42,258 nt of DNA from a virus (Duplodnaviria > Caudoviricetes), in the IMG/VR virus record IMGVR_UViG_3300048891_000046, positions 1 to 42,258 of that record, one strand, 5' to 3'. The position numbers and the translations under genes were made by a program. The notes beneath the pieces were generated by a model. The model was not told the DNA's origin. It saw only the letters and a list, made by a program, of their open reading frames with translations, and searched no databases. This document shows positions 7,808-16,491 of this stretch, piece after piece; the stretch's first letter is position 1; every line of letters begins with the position of its first letter.

Positions 7808-8457
7808 GCGCGCCGCGCGTCGAGCGGATCGGGGATGCCACGCTCTACCTCGGCGACTGCCGCGACGTGCTGCCGATGCTCGGGCCGGTCGATGCCGTGG
7901 TGACCGATCCGCCGTATCCGAACGGCGCGGGCCATTTTACCGATGGTATTGAGGCCGCCCGCGCAACCTTTCGAATTGAGCCTTGCCCTGCGCATTGGCT
8001 GGTGTTCTGGACCGAGATGGAGAGGCCGCGCGTTCCGCGCCCCCTCGTTGCCGTTCACGTATGGCATCGCTCAAACAGCAACCGGCCGGACAATTACGAA
8101 CCCGTGTTCGAGTTCCATGCTGACGGGCGAAAGCGCGCAAGCCGCGTTATGTCTCATTATGTCGTCTTTCCGGGTTTGACGGGCATCGAGGCAAGCGGCC
8201 ACCCAACCGAGAAAAACCAAAACCTCATGGCTGAACTGGTGGCGCGGACCAAGGGCACGATCCTCGACCCCTTCATGGGCAGCGGCACGACAGGCGTCGC
8301 CTGCGCCCGCCTCGGCCGCCGCTTCATCGGCATCGAGATAGAACCGCGATACTTCGACATAGCCTGCCGCCGGATCGAGCAGGCGTATCGGCAGCCCGAC
8401 CTGTTCGTTCAGCGTCCGGCGCCCAAGGCCGCCGTCATCGCGGATCTGTTCGCGTGA
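7804..8457 (+). CDS. N6-adenine/N4-cytosine DNA methyltransferase (beta class)
   Basis: TDPPY precedes HPTEK and ILDPFMGSGTTG; GIEIE. Confidence 0.9.
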   Translation: MSAPRVERIGDATLYLGDCRDVLPMLGPVDAVVTDPPYPNGAGHFTDGIEAARATFRIEPCPAHWLVFWTEMERPRVPRPLVAVHVWHRSNSNRPDNYEPVFEFHADGRKRASRVMSHYVVFPGLTGIEASGHPTEKNQNLMAELVARTKGTILDPFMGSGTTGVACARLGRRFIGIEIEPRYFDIACRRIEQAYRQPDLFVQRPAPKAAVIADLFA

Positions 8458-8714
8458 GCGCGCAACTGGAATTGTTCGGGGCGTGGGACAGAGGGCCGCT
8501 TACCAGCGAATCCGCACCCACAGGCCCAGCGCGGACAGCATCACCGCCAGAAGTGACAGAAACAACGCCGCCCAACATTCCCAGCATTCGCTCATCGCGA
8601 CAGACCCCCGCGCCGTTCGATTTCTCGGCCGCCATCCGCGACGACCCGCGCGCCATCCCCCAGCCCAACGTGCCCGTGCCGGACTGGCTCAGGCTGCTCG
8701 GTGTTGATCCGTGA
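8454..8714 (+). CDS. Hypothetical protein
   Basis: GTGA-coupled 86 aa ORF. Confidence 0.5.
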   Translation: MSAQLELFGAWDRGPLTSESAPTGPARTASPPEVTETTPPNIPSIRSSRQTPAPFDFSAAIRDDPRAIPQPNVPVPDWLRLLGVDP

Positions 8715-8874
8715 CGGGCTCGCGCCCCTTTTCCGCTCTGCGACGGGCCACCTCGCGCGTGAGCAGGTGGGTGATCAACGACGTGAGCGTACGGCTTTCC
8801 TCATCCGCCAGACGCTCCGATTCGATCCGCAATTCCTCGGGCAATCTCAGGGAAAACGTCTTTTTCGTACTCAT
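8689..8874 (-). CDS. Arc-like ribbon-helix-helix repressor
   Basis: TFSLRLPEELRIESERLADEESRTLTSLITHLL. Confidence 0.85.
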   Translation of the reverse strand: MSTKKTFSLRLPEELRIESERLADEESRTLTSLITHLLTREVARRRAEKGREPVTDQHRAA

Positions 8875-8885
8875 TCAGGCTTCTC

Positions 8886-8938
8886 TTGCATTGCAATTGC
8901 ATTGCGACGGGTGTATTCCGTCCGACAGAAAATGTCAA
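8886..8938. promoter_or_regulatory. Overlapping divergent promoters with TTGCA tandem operator
   Basis: TTGCA-TTGCAA-TTGCA-TTGC at 8886-8905. + strand: TTGCAA-17-TATTCC (8891-8919). - strand: TTGACA-17-TACACC (8938-8910). Confidence 0.65.
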
Positions 8939-8949
8939 GGACAACCACC

Positions 8950-9978
8950 ATGAGCGAACGAGCCCGCCAGCCATCCCGCCGCATCGACGCGCCCGAGCCG
9001 GGGTGGTTCCGCCTCCGCCTCGCTCGTGGGGCGCCGCCGGTGGGCGCGCGCATCTACACCCGCCTCGGCCAGTTGGTCGCCGAGATCAACGGCGCCGAGG
9101 CGGACGTGGACGCGGTCTGGACCTCGGGCGAGGCCATCTCCGAGGCGGAATACCGAAGGATGATCGAAGCGCCGCCGGTCGATCCGACGAAAGCGGTGGA
9201 TTACCGGGCGATGGGGCGCGCGGAGCCGGGTGTCGAGGTGGCGCGACCGAACAGGCCCATCGTGGACCTCGCGGCGGCGCTGGAGCCCGAGGCGTTGGGC
9301 GCGTGGCTGGAGCACGAGATGGCGGAGCACGCCGCCCGGTGCGCCGAGTTAGGGGCCGCCTACGAGCGGTTTCTGTTGGCCACGCGTGACGGCATTTCGG
9401 ACGACACGGCGACCGGTAAGGCAACCGACTTCGCCAAGATGCACAAAGCCGAGATCGCGGCGATCGACGCCACGCGCAAGCGGATCAAGGAGCCTGTGCT
9501 GCACGCCCAGAGGCTGATCGACGGGGCGGGAAACGGGCTGACGACGCCGCTGCGGGCACAGGCGCTGACCATCGAGAACCGCATCGCCACGTACCTGACC
9601 GGGAAGGCCGAGGCGGCGCGGCGTGAGGCGGAGATGGAGGCGCAACGCCTCGCGCTGGCCGCGCACCACGCGATGCTGGCGGCCGACGCGATCAACACGC
9701 CGGAAGCGGACGACGAGGCCGTGCGCGCCGTGCATGAAGCGCGGCTCGCTGAATCACAGGCCACCGCGTCAACGCCGGACCTGACACGCACCCGCTCGGC
9801 CACCGGCGCGCTGGCCGGCCTCAAAGACAACTGGGTCTGGGAAGTCACGGACCTGGCGCGCGTGCCGACGCACCTGTTGCAGATCAACGACGCCGCCGTC
9901 CGGCTGTTCATCCGGCAAGGCGCGCGGCATGTGCCTGGATTGCGAATATGGAACGATGCTCGGGCATTCGTTCGATAG
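8950..9978 (+). CDS. Coiled-coil phage protein with Gp157/Gam-like C-terminus
   Basis: AAGGA RBS; long helical region; C-terminal WEVTDLARVP...AVRLFIRQGARHVPGLRI. Confidence 0.55.
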   Translation: MSERARQPSRRIDAPEPGWFRLRLARGAPPVGARIYTRLGQLVAEINGAEADVDAVWTSGEAISEAEYRRMIEAPPVDPTKAVDYRAMGRAEPGVEVARPNRPIVDLAAALEPEALGAWLEHEMAEHAARCAELGAAYERFLLATRDGISDDTATGKATDFAKMHKAEIAAIDATRKRIKEPVLHAQRLIDGAGNGLTTPLRAQALTIENRIATYLTGKAEAARREAEMEAQRLALAAHHAMLAADAINTPEADDEAVRAVHEARLAESQATASTPDLTRTRSATGALAGLKDNWVWEVTDLARVPTHLLQINDAAVRLFIRQGARHVPGLRIWNDARAFVR

Positions 9979-10023
9979 AGACGTGGACTGAATGACTTAA
10001 CTCAACGTAAAGGAACGAATGTC

Positions 10024-10716
10024 ATGGCTTTCATGCAACCACCCCCGTCCGCCGCGTCCGGCGACTTCATGCCGGTGCTCGCCTACAAGGCGAACCAGGG
10101 ACGGCTCTACACGCGCGACCGCGTGCAGGACGCCAACGGCAACTGGGAAGCGATCGAAACCGAGGTGACCAAGGCACAGCCATCCTTCGCGCTGGACTTC
10201 GGCGCGCTCGAAGTCGGCTGGGTTCACTTCGTCGCCGGCGCCGCCCCGTCGTGGATGATGGTGCCCTACGGTCAGCCGATTCCCGAGCGGCCCGCCTCGC
10301 CGGGCAACGATGACAAGGGCAAGCAACTTAACTACCGGCAAGGTTTCCGGATGCGGGTCGCCGGAAACGCCATCGGCGGGGTGCGCGAACTGGCCGGCAA
10401 CAGCAACGCGCTGATCACCGGCATGAACGAGGTGCATACGACTTTCGAAGCCTCACCGGAGGCGGCGATGGGCAAAATCCCCGTGGTGAAAATGACCGAT
10501 ACCATCGCGGTGAAGACGGGGCAGTCGACCAACTTCCAGCCGGTGTTCGAAATCGTCGCCTGGGTCGACCGGCCCGACATCCTCGGCCCCCGCACCGTTC
10601 CCGCGCCACAGGCCGCATTGACCCGGCGATCCGTCGAGCCGGTGATGGAGCAGCGGGCGGCCCCGGCTCATCAGCAGGCGGCGGGGAGGCCGATGGCGGA
10701 CGCGATGCCCTTCTGA
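10024..10716 (+). CDS. Putative single-stranded DNA-binding/annealing protein
   Basis: AAGGA RBS; beta-rich core, flexible tail ending DAMPF (SSB-type PF tail); lies in the replication module. Confidence 0.55.
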   Translation: MAFMQPPPSAASGDFMPVLAYKANQGRLYTRDRVQDANGNWEAIETEVTKAQPSFALDFGALEVGWVHFVAGAAPSWMMVPYGQPIPERPASPGNDDKGKQLNYRQGFRMRVAGNAIGGVRELAGNSNALITGMNEVHTTFEASPEAAMGKIPVVKMTDTIAVKTGQSTNFQPVFEIVAWVDRPDILGPRTVPAPQAALTRRSVEPVMEQRAAPAHQQAAGRPMADAMPF

Positions 10717-11219
10717 TGGAGGGCGACGGCACCGTCATCCTGCTCGATACGTCGTCCTCCATGGCGCTGCCGGTCGGAAACCGGCGGCGCGCCGACGTGT
10801 TGGCGGATATCCTGAAGGCGTTGCCCGCCGGGGCCGCCATCAGGCGCGTTTCGTTCAACAGCATCGTGACCGAGGTCGCGGGGAAGGAGGCGTGGCCCGA
10901 ACCGGGCGGCGGCACGGCGCTCGCGTCCGCGCTGACGTTCGCCGCGGGACTGCGCCCGGCCCGTATCATCGTCATCAGCGACGGCGAGCCGGACAACGCG
11001 GAGGCGGCGCTCGCGGTGGCGCGCGACCTCGGCGCGGGCGGCTGTCACATAGAAACCTACTTTTGCGGCGACGAGCGGGCGCACGAGGCGACCGCGTTCC
11101 TGCGCGCCCTGGCGTGGTGCTCCCATGACGGGTTCGGACGGACGGCGGTCGCGGACCTGACCCGGCCGGAGTTGCTGGAGGGCGAGTTGCGGCTGGCGTT
11201 GCGGTATGAGCCGCCGTGA
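10716..11219 (+). CDS. von Willebrand factor A domain protein
   Basis: MIDAS ILLDTSSSM, GGTAL, IIVISDGEPD. Confidence 0.85.
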   Translation: MEGDGTVILLDTSSSMALPVGNRRRADVLADILKALPAGAAIRRVSFNSIVTEVAGKEAWPEPGGGTALASALTFAAGLRPARIIVISDGEPDNAEAALAVARDLGAGGCHIETYFCGDERAHEATAFLRALAWCSHDGFGRTAVADLTRPELLEGELRLALRYEPP

Positions 11220-11692
11220 AGGGGTTGCCCGAACAGGCCAGGGTCCGGCTGGTCAAATTGTTGGGCATGACCGGCTCGGCGCACGACGGCGAGGCGCTGG
11301 CCGCGCTCCGGTTGGCGCAACGCGCGGCGGCGGAGCACGGCATCACGCTGGTCGACGTGCTGACGGAACCCGCCCGGACGGTGATGGCGGCGCCTCCGCC
11401 GGGTCCGGCCCTGGATGTGAAACGTCTGGCGCTGCTGGAAGAGGAAGCGTTCAAACGCGGCCTCGCCGCCGGACGCAAGGCGGCCATGGCGGAGGGGTTG
11501 GACGGAGCGCCCGTCGCGTCGTGGCCCTTGCTGGCGCAACGGTGCCTCGATGGCCACCCACGCCTGCTGACCCCATGGGAACAGGAGTTCCTGGGTAATT
11601 TCCTCGCCCGCGGCTGGGCCACGCCGACAGCGAAGCAACAACCTTACATGGTCAAAATAGCCGCGAAGTGCGGACTAAAGGCGCCACCGTGA
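11216..11692 (+). CDS. Hypothetical protein (DUF2786-like N-terminus)
   Basis: KLLGMTGSAHDGEALAA motif; coupled to the primase. Confidence 0.55.
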   Translation: MKGLPEQARVRLVKLLGMTGSAHDGEALAALRLAQRAAAEHGITLVDVLTEPARTVMAAPPPGPALDVKRLALLEEEAFKRGLAAGRKAAMAEGLDGAPVASWPLLAQRCLDGHPRLLTPWEQEFLGNFLARGWATPTAKQQPYMVKIAAKCGLKAPP

Positions 11693-13965
11693 CACCCTGG
11701 CACGCCGATCATGCCGCTATAGCGGCGTTCGTCTCGGCGTTGTTCCGTTACGCGGAGTCGGGGACGTTCCTGTCGTTGCGCGCGTTCGACCAGTTCGACG
11801 CCCGCGCGAGGCCGCGCATCACGCCATCGCGGGTCAACGGGTCGCTGGCCACGGTCGCGCGGGACGCCACCATCGCCGCGGAGAACGCCGCGCAAGCCGA
11901 TGTCCCTCTTGTCTTCTGTCCACCGATTTGCACGTTCAACGGAACGGCGCACGCCAGGCTCCAGGATCTGGCCAACGGCCTGACGCTGACCGTCGAGGTG
12001 GACGACGGCGACCCGGATATCGTCCGGGCGCGGCTGGAAGCGATCCTGGGGCCGGTCACGGTCGTCGTGTTCTCCGGCTCGGACTGGACCGACCCGGTCA
12101 CCGGACAGGTCAAGCCGCGCGTGCACCTGCACTGGCGCCTGAACGAGCCGACCACCACGGCGGACGAACACGACAGGCTACGGCAGGCGCGCAAACTGGC
12201 GTGCCTGCTGGCCGGCGCTGATCCAACCGCTAACGCCGTCGTGCATCCGATGCGGTGGCCCGGATCGTGGAACCTGAAACGCGCCGACCGGCCGGTGATG
12301 GCCAGTATCGGCGCGCTCAACGACGCGGCCGAAATCGACCTGGGCGACGCGTTGGCGGCGCTGGAGGACGCGATCGAGGCGGCCGGACTGGACGCGGCCG
12401 GACTGATGCCCGGAACCTCGTCCACGCCGGAGGCGCGGCTGGAGGACGTGCGATCGGCCATGCTGGCGATCCCCAACGGGGACCGCGGCACGCCGGCGGA
12501 AGTGGATTACGCCGAATGGGTGCGGTTGGGCATCGCCGTTCGACGCGCCACGGGAGGCGGGCCGGACGGGTTCGCCATCTGGAACGCGTGGTCGATGCTG
12601 TCGGACAAGTACGACGCGGGCGATACGGCGGCGACGTGGCGGCGCATCGTGGCTTCGACCTCGGGGCCGCCGCCGCCGCGTCCGGTGGGGGCGGGCACCA
12701 TCTTCTTTCTGGCCGGTCAGGCCGGGTGGGCGCGCCCTTTCCCTTTCGCCCCAAAAGGTAACGGGACAAGTGCGCCGTTCGCGCCGATATTCGCGGCCAC
12801 GCCGATCGAAAGCCTGGACCTCGTCAACATACCGCCCCGGCGGTGGGTCTACGGACGGGAACTGATCCGCGGTTACGTCTCGGTGCTGGCCTCGCCAGGG
12901 GGCACCGGGAAAACAGCCTACGCGATGGCGTCGGGCGTGTGCGTGGTGCTGGGAAAGCCGCTGCTCGGCGTGCCCGTCCACGGGCGCGGGGCGGCGTGGC
13001 TCTATAATCTGGAAGACCCGATGGAGGAAATGCGCCGACGCATGGCGGCGGTGCTGCGCCACCTCAAGGTCGCCGCGGCCGACCTCGCGGGGCGGCTGTT
13101 CATGGATTCGGGACGCGATCAGGGCTTGTTTGTCACGCTGCGGGCGCGGGACGGAACGCTGTTCGCCGCCCCCGTGGTGGACGCTCTGGTCGCGGAAGTG
13201 AAACGGCGCGGTATCACGCTGCTGGTGATCGATCCGTTCGTACACTCGCACGGGGCGGAAGAGAACAACAATGAGGAAATGGCGTTCGTGATGTCGCTGT
13301 GGGCGCGGGTCGCGCACGAGGCGGACTGCGCGGTGTGGCTGTTGCACCACTTCAGGAAGGGCGGCCAGGGTGGCGACGCCGACGCGGTGCGCGGGGCGGG
13401 CGCCATCCAGGGCGCGGCACGCGCGATGCACACGCTCGCGATCATGTCGGAAGAGGAAGCGGAACGGCTCGGCGTGTCCGCCGACGACCGCCGGCAGTTC
13501 ATTCGCCACGACCCGGTCAAGCAGAACATGGCGGCGCCGGCTTCGCGGGCGTCCTGGTTCCGGCTCGCGTCCGTCTCGCTCGGCAACGGAAACCTGACCT
13601 ACCCGGACGGCGACGAGGTGCAGGCGGTGGAAGCGTGGTCACCGCCCTCGCCGTGGGCCGGCCTCACCTGGGACATGATCGAGACGATCCTCCGCCGGAT
13701 CGAGGCCGGTCCCGGCGGGGGCGAGTTCTACACGCTGGCGAAGCAGGCCGACCGTTGGGCCGGGCGGGTGGTGATGGAAGTCCACGGCTCGACCCGTGGG
13801 CAGGCGGCCGAGATCCTGGCGAAGTGGCGCGCCAACGGCGTGCTGACGGAAGAGAATTACCGGTCGCCCGCGCAACGCCGGGACGTGCTGCGGGTAGTCG
13901 TGGATTTCGGCTCATTCTATAAAATGAGAGGCGGTTTTCGGAGCCCGGCGGAGGCCGCGAAATGA
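11689..13965 (+). CDS. Primase-helicase (RepB-type primase + PriCT-2 + AAA_25 RecA-like helicase)
   Basis: VVFSG...HLHWRL...MRWPGSWN; DYAEWVRLGIAV...WSMLSDKYD; Walker A SPGGTGKT, Walker B LLVIDP, LLHHFRKG. Confidence 0.88.
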   Translation: MTPWHADHAAIAAFVSALFRYAESGTFLSLRAFDQFDARARPRITPSRVNGSLATVARDATIAAENAAQADVPLVFCPPICTFNGTAHARLQDLANGLTLTVEVDDGDPDIVRARLEAILGPVTVVVFSGSDWTDPVTGQVKPRVHLHWRLNEPTTTADEHDRLRQARKLACLLAGADPTANAVVHPMRWPGSWNLKRADRPVMASIGALNDAAEIDLGDALAALEDAIEAAGLDAAGLMPGTSSTPEARLEDVRSAMLAIPNGDRGTPAEVDYAEWVRLGIAVRRATGGGPDGFAIWNAWSMLSDKYDAGDTAATWRRIVASTSGPPPPRPVGAGTIFFLAGQAGWARPFPFAPKGNGTSAPFAPIFAATPIESLDLVNIPPRRWVYGRELIRGYVSVLASPGGTGKTAYAMASGVCVVLGKPLLGVPVHGRGAAWLYNLEDPMEEMRRRMAAVLRHLKVAAADLAGRLFMDSGRDQGLFVTLRARDGTLFAAPVVDALVAEVKRRGITLLVIDPFVHSHGAEENNNEEMAFVMSLWARVAHEADCAVWLLHHFRKGGQGGDADAVRGAGAIQGAARAMHTLAIMSEEEAERLGVSADDRRQFIRHDPVKQNMAAPASRASWFRLASVSLGNGNLTYPDGDEVQAVEAWSPPSPWAGLTWDMIETILRRIEAGPGGGEFYTLAKQADRWAGRVVMEVHGSTRGQAAEILAKWRANGVLTEENYRSPAQRRDVLRVVVDFGSFYKMRGGFRSPAEAAK

Positions 13966-13969
13966 GGGC

Positions 13970-14140
13970 GAGTCTTACGCGGAGTCTTACGCGGAGTCTT
14001 ACGCAAAACGGGTGCGGCGTAAGTCGGGGCGCCCTAAGGGGAAATAGACTTACGCACGCCGCGCAAGTCCTTGGATGTGACTTGCGCGGACTTGCGCGCG
14101 TTAGCCTATTCCCCCTTACGGGCGCCAGGCGAATTACGCA
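13970..14140. repeat. Iteron-like repeats, putative lytic replication origin
   Basis: Three tandem GAGTCTTACGC (13970, 13982, 13994) plus GACTTRCGC copies in both orientations (14017, 14047, 14061, 14079, 14089). Confidence 0.7.
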
Positions 14141-14181
14141 CGGCCGTATCAAAGTTTAGACAGTCAGGAAGGTGGGTTGGC

Positions 14182-14832
14182 ATGGTGAGGTCGGCTGACG
14201 AAAACGACAGGTTCAGGATGGCTCTCGTGCCGGTGGACGAAGCGATGTGGGCGTCCGAGACGAAGTGGGGCGTCGGTCGGCTCGAAAGGCTGGTTAGCCC
14301 GGCCACGCTGGCGTCATACCGCCGTGGCTGGGATCTCTACCGCGCGGCGATCGAGGCGTCGGACGCGGCGGCGGTCGAGGCGGTCGGCCCTCGCATGGTC
14401 CAGGCGCTCACCGTGATGGATCGCGAGGCGACCGAGGCAGGGAACAAACCGTTGGCTCCGGACACCTGGGAGCATGCCATGGGCAATGGCGTGACGCTGG
14501 TGGTGGTCAGGACCGGGGCCGAGGCGTCGGCCGTCCTGCGTGCCTCCAGGACGCCGCACGGGGATGGTCAGCAGTCGTACGAGACGACGCTGCCGCCGGA
14601 TCTCGCGATCACCGTCCGCGACCAGCACGAGGGCCGCGCGCTGGTCGTCGTGACCATGGCGGAAATCGCCCGCCTGCTGCGGGCGCAGGAGACCGGGCTG
14701 TGGGGCACCGTCTGGGAAGGCACGCCGGCGGAGTCAGGGCGGGTGATGGAGGAAGGCGCGGCGGCGGATCTGGTACGGAGCGGCTACCCCCTACCGGCGC
14801 CGATCGCCGCCGATGTCGTGCTGGCGTTCTGA
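14182..14832 (+). CDS. Hypothetical phage protein
   Basis: KWGVGRLERLVSP motif; AGGAAGG RBS; normal codon usage. Confidence 0.7.
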   Translation: MVRSADENDRFRMALVPVDEAMWASETKWGVGRLERLVSPATLASYRRGWDLYRAAIEASDAAAVEAVGPRMVQALTVMDREATEAGNKPLAPDTWEHAMGNGVTLVVVRTGAEASAVLRASRTPHGDGQQSYETTLPPDLAITVRDQHEGRALVVVTMAEIARLLRAQETGLWGTVWEGTPAESGRVMEEGAAADLVRSGYPLPAPIAADVVLAF

Positions 14833-14834
14833 GC

Positions 14835-15071
14835 ATGACCGAAACCGAACGCGACGCCGATCATATCCGACGCGCCCTGAACACGCTGCTCATCCTGTGC
14901 GGCGACGACGGGGCCGACGACGCCGACCGCGTCATGCTCGCGCTCGCTCACGACGGCCTCGAAAGCCTGCTCGATCGCATCGCTACCCTCGAGGCACCCG
15001 ACCGTCAGGCACCGGAGGCGGCGGGGTCGCGAGCCGGTGCGACGCCAAGGACTCGACCCAATGCAGGATAG
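14835..15071 (+). CDS. Hypothetical protein
   Basis: MTETERDADHIRRALNTLL... Confidence 0.5.
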   Translation: MTETERDADHIRRALNTLLILCGDDGADDADRVMLALAHDGLESLLDRIATLEAPDRQAPEAAGSRAGATPRTRPNAG

Positions 15072-15282
15072 TCTCGGGCAACGGCTGCCGGCCCAGCGTC
15101 CAGTTGCGCGTCGTGGACGGCGACAGGCCGAGTTCCACCGCGAGAGTGCCAGCCGTCCAGCGGATGATGCGTAGCGCGGCGCTCAGACGGGCGCCTGGCG
15201 GGATGACGCCGGGCGGCGCGTGGGTGACAGCGGCGGGATGGTCGGCGCCGTGTACGGCGCTCTCAGGGGCGAATACGGTCAT
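14983..15282 (-). CDS. XRE-family HTH protein
   Basis: RLSAALRIIRWTAGTLAVELGLSPSTTRNWTLGRQPLP. Confidence 0.7.
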   Translation of the reverse strand: MTVFAPESAVHGADHPAAVTHAPPGVIPPGARLSAALRIIRWTAGTLAVELGLSPSTTRNWTLGRQPLPETILHWVESLASHRLATPPPPVPDGRVPRG

Positions 15283-15287
15283 GGCTC

Positions 15288-15551
15288 TCAGGCCACCGTG
15301 ACGGCGAAAAGCCAGTCCGAACCCGTTTCGTCGGTCAGCCAGCCCTCGTTGCCGCTCTTCCAGACGACATCGTAGGCGTCCTCGTCCATCTCCTGATCCG
15401 TCAGCGTGCAACCGCGGATGATGTCGTACGGCGTGGTCATGTCGAACCCGCTCTCGTCGGCCCAGGTTTTGACGGCGGCGTGAATGTCGCAACCGTCCGG
15501 GACGGTGGCGAGAAGCATGTCGGCGCCGATGGCGATCGTGTAGGTGGTCAT
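15288..15551 (-). CDS. Acidic hypothetical protein
   Basis: MTTYTIAIGADMLL...; GAAGGA RBS. Confidence 0.65.
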   Translation of the reverse strand: MTTYTIAIGADMLLATVPDGCDIHAAVKTWADESGFDMTTPYDIIRGCTLTDQEMDEDAYDVVWKSGNEGWLTDETGSDWLFAVTVA

Positions 15552-15593
15552 GTTCGCTGTTCCTTCGTTCGTGTGTCGTTCGTCAGGGGAAGC

Positions 15594-15609
15594 GGGGCCG
15601 AAGCCCCGG
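15594..15609. terminator. GC hairpin (terminator or processing site)
   Basis: CGGGGC-CGAA-GCCCCG between two early genes; TTCG loop on the - strand. Confidence 0.4.
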
Positions 15610-15613
15610 AGGG

Positions 15614-15826
15614 TCAGGCGGCGGCGATCTGCGCGATCTTGAACCGGTTGTAAGCGTGGTTCCGGCGGATCTGCTTGCCGTCCTGCTGGCCCGTCCCCGA
15701 GCAGGAAAAGCATGTCCCGCTCTTGAGCGTCTTGCCGTTCAGGCTTCCGCCCCAGGAATAGGCGCCGGTGCCTTTGCACTTCGGGCAGGTGCCAGGGGCT
15801 TCGGCGGGGATTGAGAAGTCATACAT
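15614..15826 (-). CDS. DnaJ-type zinc-finger small protein
   Basis: CPKCKGTG and CFSCSGTG. Confidence 0.75.
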   Translation of the reverse strand: MYDFSIPAEAPGTCPKCKGTGAYSWGGSLNGKTLKSGTCFSCSGTGQQDGKQIRRNHAYNRFKIAQIAAA

Positions 15827-15866
15827 CGGTGTGTTCCTGTTCGTCTGTGTCTGTGTTGATGACAGG

Positions 15867-15895
15867 GATATACGATCTGACGTGAAGTTCGTCAA
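15867..15895 (-). promoter_or_regulatory. Strong sigma70 promoter
   Basis: TTGACG-17-TATATC. Confidence 0.7.
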
Positions 15896-16048
15896 TGGTT
15901 ATTCGTGGGGTGGGGGAGATTATTTTCTGGCGCCGGGTCGCCGAGCATCAGCCCGTAGGCGCCACGATAGGCGTTTGACTATTCCCGCCGACTGTGCCTC
16001 TCATCATGAAATTGGCGGGAATCCGATGTCTCAGCGCGCCGCGACCCA

Positions 16049-16216
16049 ATGAGCCCGTTGGCCATCATCCTGCTCGTGCTGCTCGTGCTGCTCATCGCCG
16101 GCGGCGGATACGGCTGGCGCGGCGGATACCTCGGCGGCGGATACGGATACGGCTTCGGCGTGGTCGGACTGCTCCTGATCGTGCTGCTCGTCCTGCTGCT
16201 GGCGGGGCGGCTGTAA
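16049..16216 (+). CDS. Small two-TM membrane protein (DUF3309-like, 55 aa)
   Basis: Hand-translated MSPLAIILLVLLVLLIAGGGYGWRGGYLGGGYGYGFGVVGLLLIVLLVLLLAGRL; TAATG overlap with the next gene. Confidence 0.75.
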   Translation: MSPLAIILLVLLVLLIAGGGYGWRGGYLGGGYGYGFGVVGLLLIVLLVLLLAGRL

Positions 16217-16491
16217 TGGCCGCTCGGCTCAACCCAAAGCAAGACGACAGAGCGCGATCCGCGATCCAGACTACACAGCTTTGCAAGCGGTTGAACGCGT
16301 TTGCTTTGGGAGAAAAAGATCCGTGCTACCCAACAAAGACGCTGGAAATGTCGTCTGATCAGGTGCGCGCCGCCCTCGGATTACTTCGCAAGACCATCCC
16401 AGACCTCGCCGTTACTTCGCACACCGGACCCGATGGCGGGCCGGTCATGATCATTACAGGCGTGGATCGTGGCGACCGCGAGAATACCTAA
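16216..16491 (+). CDS. terS: Terminase small subunit (putative)
   Basis: Directly upstream of terL; QVRAALGLLRKTIPDL...HTGPDGGPV. Confidence 0.7.
   Translation: MAARLNPKQDDRARSAIQTTQLCKRLNAFALGEKDPCYPTKTLEMSSDQVRAALGLLRKTIPDLAVTSHTGPDGGPVMIITGVDRGDRENT

Noticed and set aside
12095-12120. Possible self-target of the gapped NN code (gg.ca.gt.aa) in the primase gene
   Set aside because: Only four consecutive dinucleotides match and the flanks do not; expected by chance.
16070-16200. CTGCTCGTG and GGCGGATAC tandem repeats
   Set aside because: Explained by Leu/Val and Gly-Tyr codons of the small membrane protein.
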